Below are positions 8,942-17,329 of a stretch of 60,880 nt of DNA, one piece after another. The notes beneath the pieces are model-generated. The model was not told the origin of the DNA. It searched no databases and was given only the letters and a program-made list of their open reading frames with translations. Location of the stretch: contig JAZUBI010000123.1 of NCBI GenBank assembly GCA_045638385.1, forward strand, positions 1 through 60,880. The letters are read 5' to 3'. Numbering within the stretch: the stretch's first letter is position 1; every line of letters begins with the position of its first letter. This DNA comes from Eubacteriales bacterium (GTDB lineage Bacteria; Bacillota; Clostridia; Oscillospirales; CAG-272). A program made the position numbers and the translations under genes.

Positions 8942-9544
8942 ATGAAACCCAGCGAAAGAAGAGCTCTTCAAGAGGCAAAGCGCGCTCAGAAGATAGCCGA
9001 GCTGAATGAAAAAGAATCCACAACAGACAACGGTGCTCCGGAGGAGCCAACGTACGAATATAAGAACGATGCGAGTGCAACGAAAGAGAATGCAAAGCCG
9101 TATAAGCGACGCGAGGGCTTCTTTCAGAGCAACGTAAGGCTTATTACGTTTATAATTGCCGGCGCGCTTGTGTTGTTTGTCTTGGGACCTCTCGGAATAG
9201 ACATGCTCATAGCTTCGAGAAACGCGCAGACCGTGAGCAACAAGCAGGACATCAGCATAAATGCCGTTTGCGCCATATATGACAAGGGCGGAAATATAAC
9301 TTGGGATTATTTTGATAATTACAACTATACCGACTACAGCGATAAGAGTAACGGTGTCAGAACAAGAGAATATCCGATAAAGGATTCACGCTTGGTGCTA
9401 AGAGTTCAGGGTGATGCCGACAGCAATCATTTCGTCTATGCGCGCCTTATAGATTACACCGGAAACGGTGACGGAGTCGATCAGTACATAGACGTGCTTA
9501 TTGAGGATCCGAGAGACTTTTTTGAAGCAACAATGAATGATTAA
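8942..9544 (+). CDS. Hypothetical single-pass membrane protein
   Basis: GGAGG RBS; one hydrophobic segment (LITFIIAGALVLFVLGPLGI); sits in the operon between ybeY and era. Confidence 0.75.
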   Translation: MKPSERRALQEAKRAQKIAELNEKESTTDNGAPEEPTYEYKNDASATKENAKPYKRREGFFQSNVRLITFIIAGALVLFVLGPLGIDMLIASRNAQTVSNKQDISINAVCAIYDKGGNITWDYFDNYNYTDYSDKSNGVRTREYPIKDSRLVLRVQGDADSNHFVYARLIDYTGNGDGVDQYIDVLIEDPRDFFEATMND

Positions 9545-9557
9545 CGAGGAAAATAAA

Positions 9558-10442
9558 ATGAAAAGAACAGGATTTATTGCAATAGTGGGCAGACCGAACG
9601 TTGGAAAATCCACACTGCTCAATACTATGCTGGGAGAAAAGGTAGCGATCGTTTCCTCCAAGCCCCAGACGACGAGAAACAGAATAATCGGTATACATAC
9701 CAAGGGTGAGGATCAGTTCGTATTTCTTGATACGCCCGGTATTTTCAGACCTAAGAACACCCTTGGAACCTTTATGGTCAAGACCGCAAACAGCTCCATG
9801 CAGGATTCGGATGCGATAATTCTCGTGACTGATACAGGAAAAAACATAAGCGAGGTCGAAAAGAACGTTATAAGCTACGCAAAAAAGACCGAAACTCCCA
9901 TCGTGCTTGCGCTCAACAAGATAGATCTTTACCGCCGCGAGCAGATAGCAGAGACAATAGCGGCATATGCCGCGCTTCACGACTACGCGGCCGTAGTTCC
10001 GATCTGCGCAAAGAACGGCAAGGGTGTTGACGCTCTGCTTGATGAGTGCTCTCCCTTCCTTCAGGAGTCGGATTTCTTTTTCCCCGAGGATATGGTTACA
10101 GATCAATCCGAAAGACAGGTTGCCGCGGAGGTTATAAGAGAGAAGCTTCTCCGTACTCTTGACAAGGAGATACCGCACGGTGTGGCGGTTGCGATAGAGG
10201 CCTTCAAGGATGAGGGAAGTCTTATAAGCATCCGCGCCGAGATATTCTGCGAGAAAGCATCGCATAAGGGCATCATAGTCGGCAAGGGCGGCGAGGAGCT
10301 CAAGCGCGTAGGCTCATATGCGAGAGCAGATCTTGAAGCGATATTCGGTACAAAGGTATTCCTTGATCTTTGGGTAAAGGTAAAGGAAAATTGGCGCGAC
10401 AGCCAAAGAGGAATAACAGACTTCGGATATTCCGAGGAGTAA
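9558..10442 (+). CDS. era: GTPase Era
   Basis: GRPNVGKS, PQTTR, DTPG, NKID and a KH domain (KGIIVGKGG). Confidence 0.98.
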   Translation: MKRTGFIAIVGRPNVGKSTLLNTMLGEKVAIVSSKPQTTRNRIIGIHTKGEDQFVFLDTPGIFRPKNTLGTFMVKTANSSMQDSDAIILVTDTGKNISEVEKNVISYAKKTETPIVLALNKIDLYRREQIAETIAAYAALHDYAAVVPICAKNGKGVDALLDECSPFLQESDFFFPEDMVTDQSERQVAAEVIREKLLRTLDKEIPHGVAVAIEAFKDEGSLISIRAEIFCEKASHKGIIVGKGGEELKRVGSYARADLEAIFGTKVFLDLWVKVKENWRDSQRGITDFGYSEE

Positions 10443-10479
10443 TTTCTGCGCCGCAACAAATCTTTTAGGGGGGAATAGC

Positions 10480-11274
10480 GTGCAATTTGCTACCAATGGC
10501 GTGATAACTCGCGTTTATGACGTGGGGGCGAGCGACAAGATGCTGAACATCATAACTCAAGACCGTGGGCGAATAGGCGTTATGGTAAAGGGTGGACGAT
10601 CTCCCGCCAGCAAATTGCTCTCGATATCCCAGCTTTTTACATATGCTAACTTTGAAATAAATCAAAAGGGTAACCTTTATTGGCTCAGGGGAGGAGAGGT
10701 CATAAATCCGTTTTACGATCTTTCATCAGACATTGTAAAGGTGTCGCTTGCGGTGTATCTTTGCGACCTTGCAAATGAGCTTACCGATGAGGGCGAGGAG
10801 GATGACAGCATAATGAGGCTTCTTCTCAATTCGCTTCATCTAATCGGAAAGGGAAAAAAGGACGTCAGGCTGATCAAGGCGGTCTTTGAGATGCGCGCGG
10901 CGGCAATATCGGGATACTGTCCCGAGCTTTCGTATTGCGCCTATTGCAAGGAGCCGTATTCGGATTTCACCTATCTTGACGTTATGGGAGGAAAGCTTAT
11001 TTGCACCGATTGCCTTTCAAAAAAGAGCGGCAAGAGGGTAGAGATATCAAAGGAGTTTGAGGATATGCCAGAGGCGAGCATTCTTTGCGGATTGTCTCCG
11101 TCTGCGCTTGCCGCCATGCGATATATCGTTACCGCACCGTCGAGTAAAATATTTTCATTTGATATAAATGATGATGGCGAAAAAAATGAGCTTGCAAAGG
11201 CTACCGAAAGCTTTTTGTTAAACCATCTTGAGCGCGGCTTTGATTCGCTTGATTTTTATAAATCGGTAAAATAA
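10480..11274 (+). CDS. recO: DNA repair protein RecO
   Basis: N-terminal OB fold, CxxC..CxxC zinc finger, era-recO synteny. Confidence 0.93.
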   Translation: MQFATNGVITRVYDVGASDKMLNIITQDRGRIGVMVKGGRSPASKLLSISQLFTYANFEINQKGNLYWLRGGEVINPFYDLSSDIVKVSLAVYLCDLANELTDEGEEDDSIMRLLLNSLHLIGKGKKDVRLIKAVFEMRAAAISGYCPELSYCAYCKEPYSDFTYLDVMGGKLICTDCLSKKSGKRVEISKEFEDMPEASILCGLSPSALAAMRYIVTAPSSKIFSFDINDDGEKNELAKATESFLLNHLERGFDSLDFYKSVK

Positions 11275-11300
11275 AAAAGCAACCCCACGGTTGCTTTTTT
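11273..11300. terminator. Bidirectional terminator
   Basis: aaaaaagcaacc-ccac-ggttgctttttt between convergent genes. Confidence 0.85.
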
Positions 11301-11302
11301 TG

Positions 11303-11812
11303 TTATCTGCCAAAGCGTTTTTTCTTTTTTATATTTTTTTGAGGCTTATATCTGCCTGCAAAGGACCCGAAAATACAAAACAGAGCACTCGCCGCATGTA
11401 GCAGTATGCTTTGCCAGAGAGCATAGCTTGACGAAGGGATTTTGAATAGGCAAAGTGAGAAGATAAATGCTGCTGTCAACCAGATCGCCGCAGTGACCGC
11501 TCCGCAGGCAAGAGGAGAAGAGCCTGATTTTTTGGATGCCACAAGCCCACCGAGAAAATTTGACGGGAGCAGGGCAAGCAGGGACAGGGGCGCTATCATT
11601 GATAACGGATCCTCGCAGGATAAGGCAATAAAGCAAACGATGCTCAAAAGAAGAAGTCCGCATCCGGCAATTACCCCGACTCCGATAAGGGAAGAGCAAA
11701 CTATGCGTTTTACCGGCGAGTCTTCATCCGTTGGTACGACCCTCTGCGAGGGCAAGCTTCTTTTATGAGGGATGGGCATAGCGCTCCTTTGATTTTTTCT
11801 TTCATTATACAT
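11303..11812 (-). CDS. Membrane protein, TIGR04086-like
   Basis: Four TM segments, GG..AS motif, basic C-terminus. The ATG at 11812 follows GGAGG. Lies downstream of yajC. Confidence 0.65.
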   Translation of the reverse strand: MYNERKNQRSAMPIPHKRSLPSQRVVPTDEDSPVKRIVCSSLIGVGVIAGCGLLLLSIVCFIALSCEDPLSMIAPLSLLALLPSNFLGGLVASKKSGSSPLACGAVTAAIWLTAAFIFSLCLFKIPSSSYALWQSILLHAASALFCIFGSFAGRYKPQKNIKKKKRFGR

Positions 11813-11843
11813 AAAAAGCCTCCGCAACATATATTCGTACAGA

Positions 11844-11872
11844 AATATATGCACGCGAAGGCTTTTTTATTA
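11844..11872 (-). promoter_or_regulatory. Putative sigmaE promoter overlapping the yajC terminator hairpin
   Basis: Minus strand TAATAAA-14bp-CATATATT matches the sigmaE consensus spacing. Hairpin spans 11813-11867. Confidence 0.6.
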
Positions 11873-11880
11873 CGTTGTTA

Positions 11881-12195
11881 TCAGTCGATAGCGTCCTCTG
11901 CCTTAACGTCAACGTGGCTGATGGCAGACTTGAGAATACGGATCTTTGTTCCGTCGCGGCTTGTAACGATAACACAGGTCTCTTCCTTGATGCTGACTAT
12001 CTTACCGATGATACCGCCGATCGTAGTGACCTCGTCACCTACGCTGAGATTGTTTCTCATATTAGCGATCTCTGCATCCTGCTTTTTCTGCTTTCTCATA
12101 GGGAGCACGAACATAAGTATCATTACACCTGCAAGAAGGATAAGCATGAGGCCGCCTCCGCCGCCGGTTCCGAGAATCATTGTTGCACTGTTCAT
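11881..12195 (-). CDS. yajC: Preprotein translocase subunit YajC
   Basis: TM followed by PMRKQKK and GDEVTTIGGIIGKI. Confidence 0.95.
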   Translation of the reverse strand: MNSATMILGTGGGGGLMLILLAGVMILMFVLPMRKQKKQDAEIANMRNNLSVGDEVTTIGGIIGKIVSIKEETCVIVTSRDGTKIRILKSAISHVDVKAEDAID

Positions 12196-12358
12196 TTTTC
12201 TGGTCCTTTCTTTTTAAAAAAAGTTCAATCATCCTATGTATTATACTCATAAACCCTCAACAATTCAATTAACTAATTGTAAATTTTTTGTTTTGCCGGA
12301 GCCTTATCATATTATGCACGCCCTAAAAACTAAATTTTTAAAAAATTCGGCTAATCTG

Positions 12359-12387
12359 TTGCATTTTTCAGGGGTGTGTGTTATAAT
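12359..12387 (+). promoter_or_regulatory. sigmaA promoter for rimM
   Basis: TTGCAT-17bp-TATAAT with extended TG. Confidence 0.7.
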
Positions 12388-12427
12388 TACCTTGTGTTAT
12401 TATAATTTCTTATAGAGAGTGTACAAA

Positions 12428-12943
12428 ATGGAAAAGAAACAGTATCTTGAATGTGCTTTGATAATAAATACACACGGTGTGCGCGGTGACGTTAAGCTTG
12501 AATCTCTTTGCGACACGCCGCAGGTGTTGGCGGGACTCAAAAGAGTGTATTTCCTTGAGAACGGAGAATACAGAGAGACTCGAGTGCTTCATGCCTCGGT
12601 GTTTAAAAGCTTTGTCCTCGCAACGCTTGAGGGCATTGACGATATGGATAAGGCGATGGCAGTCAAGGGAAAGACTCTTTATGCCGCACGCGGTGACTTT
12701 AAGCTTAAGAAGGGAGACTTCTTTATAGTTGATCTTATCGGTCTTGAGGTTATAGATCATGAAAGCGGAAAGGTCTACGGTAAGGTTAGTGACGTGATAA
12801 ACAGAGGCGCATCCGACATTTACGTTGTTAAGACCGAGAGCGGAGAGAGAATGATGCCCGCGGTTAAGGAATTTGTTAAAAACATAGACGTGGAGCGCGG
12901 TATATTCGTTAAGACGATCCCCGGACTCTTGTCAGATGACTGA
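12428..12943 (+). CDS. rimM: Ribosome maturation factor RimM
   Basis: HGVRGDVK, DLIGLEV, GASDIYVV, MPAVKEFV; upstream of trmD. Confidence 0.96.
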   Translation: MEKKQYLECALIINTHGVRGDVKLESLCDTPQVLAGLKRVYFLENGEYRETRVLHASVFKSFVLATLEGIDDMDKAMAVKGKTLYAARGDFKLKKGDFFIVDLIGLEVIDHESGKVYGKVSDVINRGASDIYVVKTESGERMMPAVKEFVKNIDVERGIFVKTIPGLLSDD

Positions 12944-12959
12944 GCTTTAAGAGGCAGAT

Positions 12960-13661
12960 ATGAGATTTGATATAATGACGCTTTTTCCCGATATGGTCAA
13001 TAATATCTTGGGAGAGAGTATAATAGGCCGAGCGCAGAAGAGCGGAGCGGTCGATATTAACCTTTATAACATAAGGGATTATTCCGAGGATAAGCACAGA
13101 CGTGTTGACGATACTCCGTACGGTGGCGGCAAGGGAATGCTTATGATGGCACCGCCGATTTACAATTGCTATTCGCACATTCTTGCGGAGCAGGAGGGCG
13201 CGGGATTCAAACCCGAAAGCCGCCGTGTTATATACATGTCACCTGCGGGAAAGGTCCTCAATCAGAAAAAAGCAGAGGAGCTTTCAAAATACGATAACAT
13301 TATAATCCTTTGCGGACATTACGAGGGTGTTGACAGACGAATTATCGACGAAATAGTTGATGAGGAGGTCTCGATAGGAGATTTCGTTCTCACGGGGGGC
13401 GAGGTGCCTGCGGCGATATTGGTCGACTGCGTATCAAGGCTTTTGCCCGGAGTTCTTTCGGATCCCGAGTGCTATGAGAAGGAAAGCATATCCTCCGGAA
13501 TGCTTGAATATCCGCAATATACAAGACCGTATGAATTTCACGGGGTAAAGGTTCCGGATATACTGATCTCGGGACACCACGCCAATATTGATAAATGGCG
13601 CGATGAGAGGGCGAGAGAGCTCACAGAGCAAAACCGCCCCGATCTATTAGATAACAAGTAA
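12960..13661 (+). CDS. trmD: tRNA (guanine37-N1)-methyltransferase
   Basis: DDTPYGGGKGM, CGHYEGVD, SIGDFVLTGGE, LEYPQYTRP. Confidence 0.99.
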   Translation: MRFDIMTLFPDMVNNILGESIIGRAQKSGAVDINLYNIRDYSEDKHRRVDDTPYGGGKGMLMMAPPIYNCYSHILAEQEGAGFKPESRRVIYMSPAGKVLNQKKAEELSKYDNIIILCGHYEGVDRRIIDEIVDEEVSIGDFVLTGGEVPAAILVDCVSRLLPGVLSDPECYEKESISSGMLEYPQYTRPYEFHGVKVPDILISGHHANIDKWRDERARELTEQNRPDLLDNK

Positions 13662-13688
13662 GCCTAAAATGGGCGGAAAGGAGGAAGC

Positions 13689-15665
13689 ATGGCAGACAGA
13701 AAAGGGAAGCGTAAGCATCGCAGATCGCTGATATTCAGCGCGATCGACAGACTTACCGCTATCATATATTCATTTTTTACCAACGGAAGAATCGGCGATA
13801 TGCTTTCCTCCAAAGATACTCTTTGCAAGAGAAGCTTTTTAGCAAGTAAGATCTCCGCAAAGAGGAAAAACGGTTCAAAATCAACGCTGAAAAGATCTGA
13901 GATAGTTATGGAAGAGAGCGTGGCTTCACGCGCAATGGTGTTTATAAGGTCGTTTTTAGCATCCTTGAAGCTTAACGTTTACGGCGTATTCTTCGCGTTC
14001 TTTGGATTGACGTCCGCCGTAATAACGCTGATCCCCGTGCTGTCGGGCGGATTCAGCGCGGTGAACGAAAGCGCACTGATAATATGCGCTACTATCACGC
14101 TTTGCGCATTACCGCCTATGTTCTCGTCTCAAACGGCGTCCGAGGCAATATTTAAAAGTAAGTTTATGAGCAAGGTGATGCTCAATGTTCTTTGTATACC
14201 CGAAGAAAAGTTTAAGACGAAAAAACAGTATGGCGGAACCGTTTACGTTTTCATGTCCGCGATCCTCGCAATGCTGCTCGGTGCGATTTCGTACTACGTT
14301 CACGTTTTGTTCGTGCCGCTTGCCTTGCTTTGTATTTTTATCTTATTCCTGATCTTTTCAAGTCCCGAGGCAGGTGTTATTATAACTCTCGCGCTCATTC
14401 CGTTTATGCAATACATTCAAAGACCCAGAGTTATGATCCTGGTTTTGATAATTGCAACCGCAACATCATACTTTGCAAAGGTAATTCAGAGAAGAAGACG
14501 CATTATGCTTTCTCCCGAAATATGTATGGTTCTTCTGTTTTGCGGATTTGTATTTATGGGAGCATTCTTCTCGCACGGATGCCTTGAGACCTTGATCGAC
14601 TCGGTGAGCACGATAGTCATTATTCTCGGCGGATTTATGCTTACTTACAATTTGATAAATTCCGAAAAACTTTTGTCGGCGGCATTTAAAACCTTGACCT
14701 TCTCATTCGTATTGCTTTGCTCGATGGGAGTCTGGGAGGGCGTGTTTTACGGAATTTCAAACAGAATAATCGATAAGTCTACGCTTGATATAGCACGGAT
14801 TGCCGGTGATAAAATAATTTATATTGCGGACAACGGCGTTGTTTTCGGACTGTTTGCAATTTTGATGTTCCCGATGCTTTTCGCGTATGCAGTAAAGAGA
14901 AAGAGTGTTAAAAGCGCCGCGGCACTATCGATCCTTTGTCTTCTTGCCGTATGCGCCGCATGGATGTGCAGTCACTATGAGATCATGGTCGCGCTCGTAA
15001 TTGAGATCATTATTTACTGGTTGATGTACAGTCATAAGACACTGACTACTGTTTTGATAGCACTCATTCCGGTAGGAATAATAATGCTGCTTTACCCCTA
15101 TGCAGTGACCTACTTTAATTTCCCCAACATATCCGAATTGTTGGCAGAGTATATGCCTGCCCGTATTCCCGATTCCGAGATGCATCCCAGCGTTGTAAAG
15201 GATGTTGTTTTGATGATTCGTGACGGACATATGGCGGGTATCGGAGCAGGAGAGCATGCCTTCGTTTCTGAATTTGCGCAGTATGTCAGCGCAAGCTCCG
15301 AGGGCGCTAAAAACCCGATGTCGCTCTGGCTTGAAATACTTTGCTGGTCGGGCATATTCGGATTTATATCGTTTGCCGCGTTCGTGGTATTCTTATTCAA
15401 GAGAAGCTGCGGATCTTTGATCAATCAAAGATCTAATGAGCTCAGGGCTCGCACGCTTTCTCTTTTTACGGGACTTTTTGCCGCAATGCTCTTCGGATGC
15501 ATCTACGGAATTTGGACAGACGTGAGAATACTATATTTGTTCTGGGCTTGTACAGGTCTGCTTATGGGATATATCAGACTTGGTCAGGAGCAGGAGGATA
15601 TAAGAAGTGCGCAGTTTGACGATCTTGGAGACAGTAAGGACGTAGAAGTGATATTCTACGAGTGA
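13689..15665 (+). CDS. Polytopic membrane protein, distantly O-antigen ligase/Wzy-like
   Basis: Many TM helices; C-terminal GIGAGEHAF and SLWLEILCWSGIFG resemble the O-antigen ligase loop; followed by DUF4330-like genes. Confidence 0.55.
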   Translation: MADRKGKRKHRRSLIFSAIDRLTAIIYSFFTNGRIGDMLSSKDTLCKRSFLASKISAKRKNGSKSTLKRSEIVMEESVASRAMVFIRSFLASLKLNVYGVFFAFFGLTSAVITLIPVLSGGFSAVNESALIICATITLCALPPMFSSQTASEAIFKSKFMSKVMLNVLCIPEEKFKTKKQYGGTVYVFMSAILAMLLGAISYYVHVLFVPLALLCIFILFLIFSSPEAGVIITLALIPFMQYIQRPRVMILVLIIATATSYFAKVIQRRRRIMLSPEICMVLLFCGFVFMGAFFSHGCLETLIDSVSTIVIILGGFMLTYNLINSEKLLSAAFKTLTFSFVLLCSMGVWEGVFYGISNRIIDKSTLDIARIAGDKIIYIADNGVVFGLFAILMFPMLFAYAVKRKSVKSAAALSILCLLAVCAAWMCSHYEIMVALVIEIIIYWLMYSHKTLTTVLIALIPVGIIMLLYPYAVTYFNFPNISELLAEYMPARIPDSEMHPSVVKDVVLMIRDGHMAGIGAGEHAFVSEFAQYVSASSEGAKNPMSLWLEILCWSGIFGFISFAAFVVFLFKRSCGSLINQRSNELRARTLSLFTGLFAAMLFGCIYGIWTDVRILYLFWACTGLLMGYIRLGQEQEDIRSAQFDDLGDSKDVEVIFYE

Positions 15666-15703
15666 AGTGATTATAAAAACCTTTGATGTGAAAGGAAAAT
15701 AAT

Positions 15704-16309
15704 ATGTCAGAAAATAAGAAGCATTCCCTTGGCGAAAGGGAACCTAACCTGAAAAGGGCAGACCGAAAAAAGTCTCACGGAGGCTCCGAGGTCGGCCAGT
15801 CACACGGATCGGAGCTTTTCAGCGGTAAAAAACTATCGGACAAGGTCCTTGTGGGCTCAAATGTCAAGGTGAAGAAGAGACTTCCTTTGGCGGTTGATAT
15901 TATAATAGGAATATTGATGCTTGCACTCGTATGCGCGATCATCGTGGGTGCTTACATTCTTTTCAGATATTACGCTAACGACTACGAAACGAGAAACGTT
16001 ACCTATACGGTCATTTTCGATGCGGAGGACGTTAAAAAATGCGCTTCGATGAAGGATCAGGATCTATTTTTGGACGTTGATGGAAATTCGGTGTATTTCG
16101 GCAAGATAAAAGAGGTATTGCTCCCCGAGAATACAGACGGAGCGGGACAGGTCATTTTAACTGTTAACGCAAGCGTTAAATACCGTAGCGGCGAGGGATA
16201 TTTTATTGGAGATAGCCGAGTTGCTGTCGGAAGCACTCATACGCTCCGTTACATTGAAAATTCCATTACTGTAACAGTGGTCGATCTTTACGAGATGGGA
16301 GGAAAATAA
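15704..16309 (+). CDS. Membrane-anchored protein, DUF4330-like
   Basis: VDIIIGILML TM anchor, VTYTV, FGKIKEV, RVAVGS beta domain. Confidence 0.55.
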   Translation: MSENKKHSLGEREPNLKRADRKKSHGGSEVGQSHGSELFSGKKLSDKVLVGSNVKVKKRLPLAVDIIIGILMLALVCAIIVGAYILFRYYANDYETRNVTYTVIFDAEDVKKCASMKDQDLFLDVDGNSVYFGKIKEVLLPENTDGAGQVILTVNASVKYRSGEGYFIGDSRVAVGSTHTLRYIENSITVTVVDLYEMGGK

Positions 16310-16310
16310 A

Positions 16311-16823
16311 ATGAGTAGCGGCAACAAAAAAGTAAGACGCAAGATAAACGTTGTAGACGTTATTATCATTTTGTTAGTGCTTGCCCTGATCGGTACTGCG
16401 GTCTATAAGATAGTTTCCGAGCTCAGCAAGAGTCCTTCCGCAAAGCACAGCAAGTATATTGTAACGTTTGAATGTGACGAGGAATACAATAGCCTTATAA
16501 AGCACCTTAAAGCCGGAGATGCTGTATATTTCAGTGCAAACGGAACACTTATAGGATATATTTATGATGCTCCCGGAGATGAAAAGGGCGCGGTTTATGA
16601 ATTGACAAACGGTGAAGAGACCCTGAATGCCGATGAGAGCGTATACGCTAAGGTCAGACTTGGAGGTATGATGAGATTGGCTTCCAATGCGGTAAAGGTC
16701 AAGAACGGCGAATATTATACGATCGAGAACGTCACCCTTTCAAAGGGAAGTAAGATAAAGGTGTACACCGAAAAGGCTGTTTTCACTCTGACAGTTAAAG
16801 ATGTCAGCGAGGAAGCAGAGTAA
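16311..16823 (+). CDS. Membrane-anchored protein, DUF4330-like
   Basis: KINVVDVIIILLVL N-terminus typical of DUF4330; similar layout to the previous gene. Confidence 0.6.
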   Translation: MSSGNKKVRRKINVVDVIIILLVLALIGTAVYKIVSELSKSPSAKHSKYIVTFECDEEYNSLIKHLKAGDAVYFSANGTLIGYIYDAPGDEKGAVYELTNGEETLNADESVYAKVRLGGMMRLASNAVKVKNGEYYTIENVTLSKGSKIKVYTEKAVFTLTVKDVSEEAE

Positions 16824-16909
16824 TAAAAGAGCGCTAAAATACAACTTTTTTGTGCAAAATGCAACAAAACCACGCTTGCGTGTAGTGAAAAATGTATAAT
16901 TATTACCCC

Positions 16910-16938
16910 TTGATTTTGGTTGAAATTTCTGTTATACT
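16910..16938 (+). promoter_or_regulatory. sigmaA promoter for ptsH
   Basis: TTGATT-17bp-TATACT with TG. Confidence 0.6.
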
Positions 16939-16993
16939 TAATTATAACCGAAATAGTGCAATAATGTGGAAAGAGATAAATTGAGGTAATTAT

Positions 16994-17257
16994 ATGAAAA
17001 CATGCGAGATAATGATAACCAATTCCAGCGGGCTTCACGCACGTCCCGCCACCTTCTTTATTCAGAAGGCAAATTTCTATAAAAGCACCATTCTCATTGA
17101 AAAGGATGACCGCAAGGTGAATGCAAAGAGCCTTCTCGGAGTGCTTTCACTTGGAATTGCAAAGGGAATGACCGTTAAGCTTTCCGCTGAGGGTCAGGAT
17201 GAAGATGCGGCTATTGACGGTCTTGTTTCTCTCATCAATTCGGGATTTAATGAATAA
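16994..17257 (+). CDS. ptsH: Phosphocarrier protein HPr
   Basis: GLHARPA (His15) and NAKSLL (Ser46). Confidence 0.95.
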   Translation: MKTCEIMITNSSGLHARPATFFIQKANFYKSTILIEKDDRKVNAKSLLGVLSLGIAKGMTVKLSAEGQDEDAAIDGLVSLINSGFNE

Positions 17258-17265
17258 TTAAAAGG

Positions 17266-17306
17266 ACGGGGCTTTGATCAATGTCAAAAGCCCCGTTTTT
17301 GTTTTT
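17266..17306 (+). terminator. Terminator after ptsH
   Basis: acggggctttga...tcaaaagccccgt followed by a T tract. Confidence 0.75.
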
Positions 17307-17329
17307 AAAAATTTATCAGGAGGCAGAAT

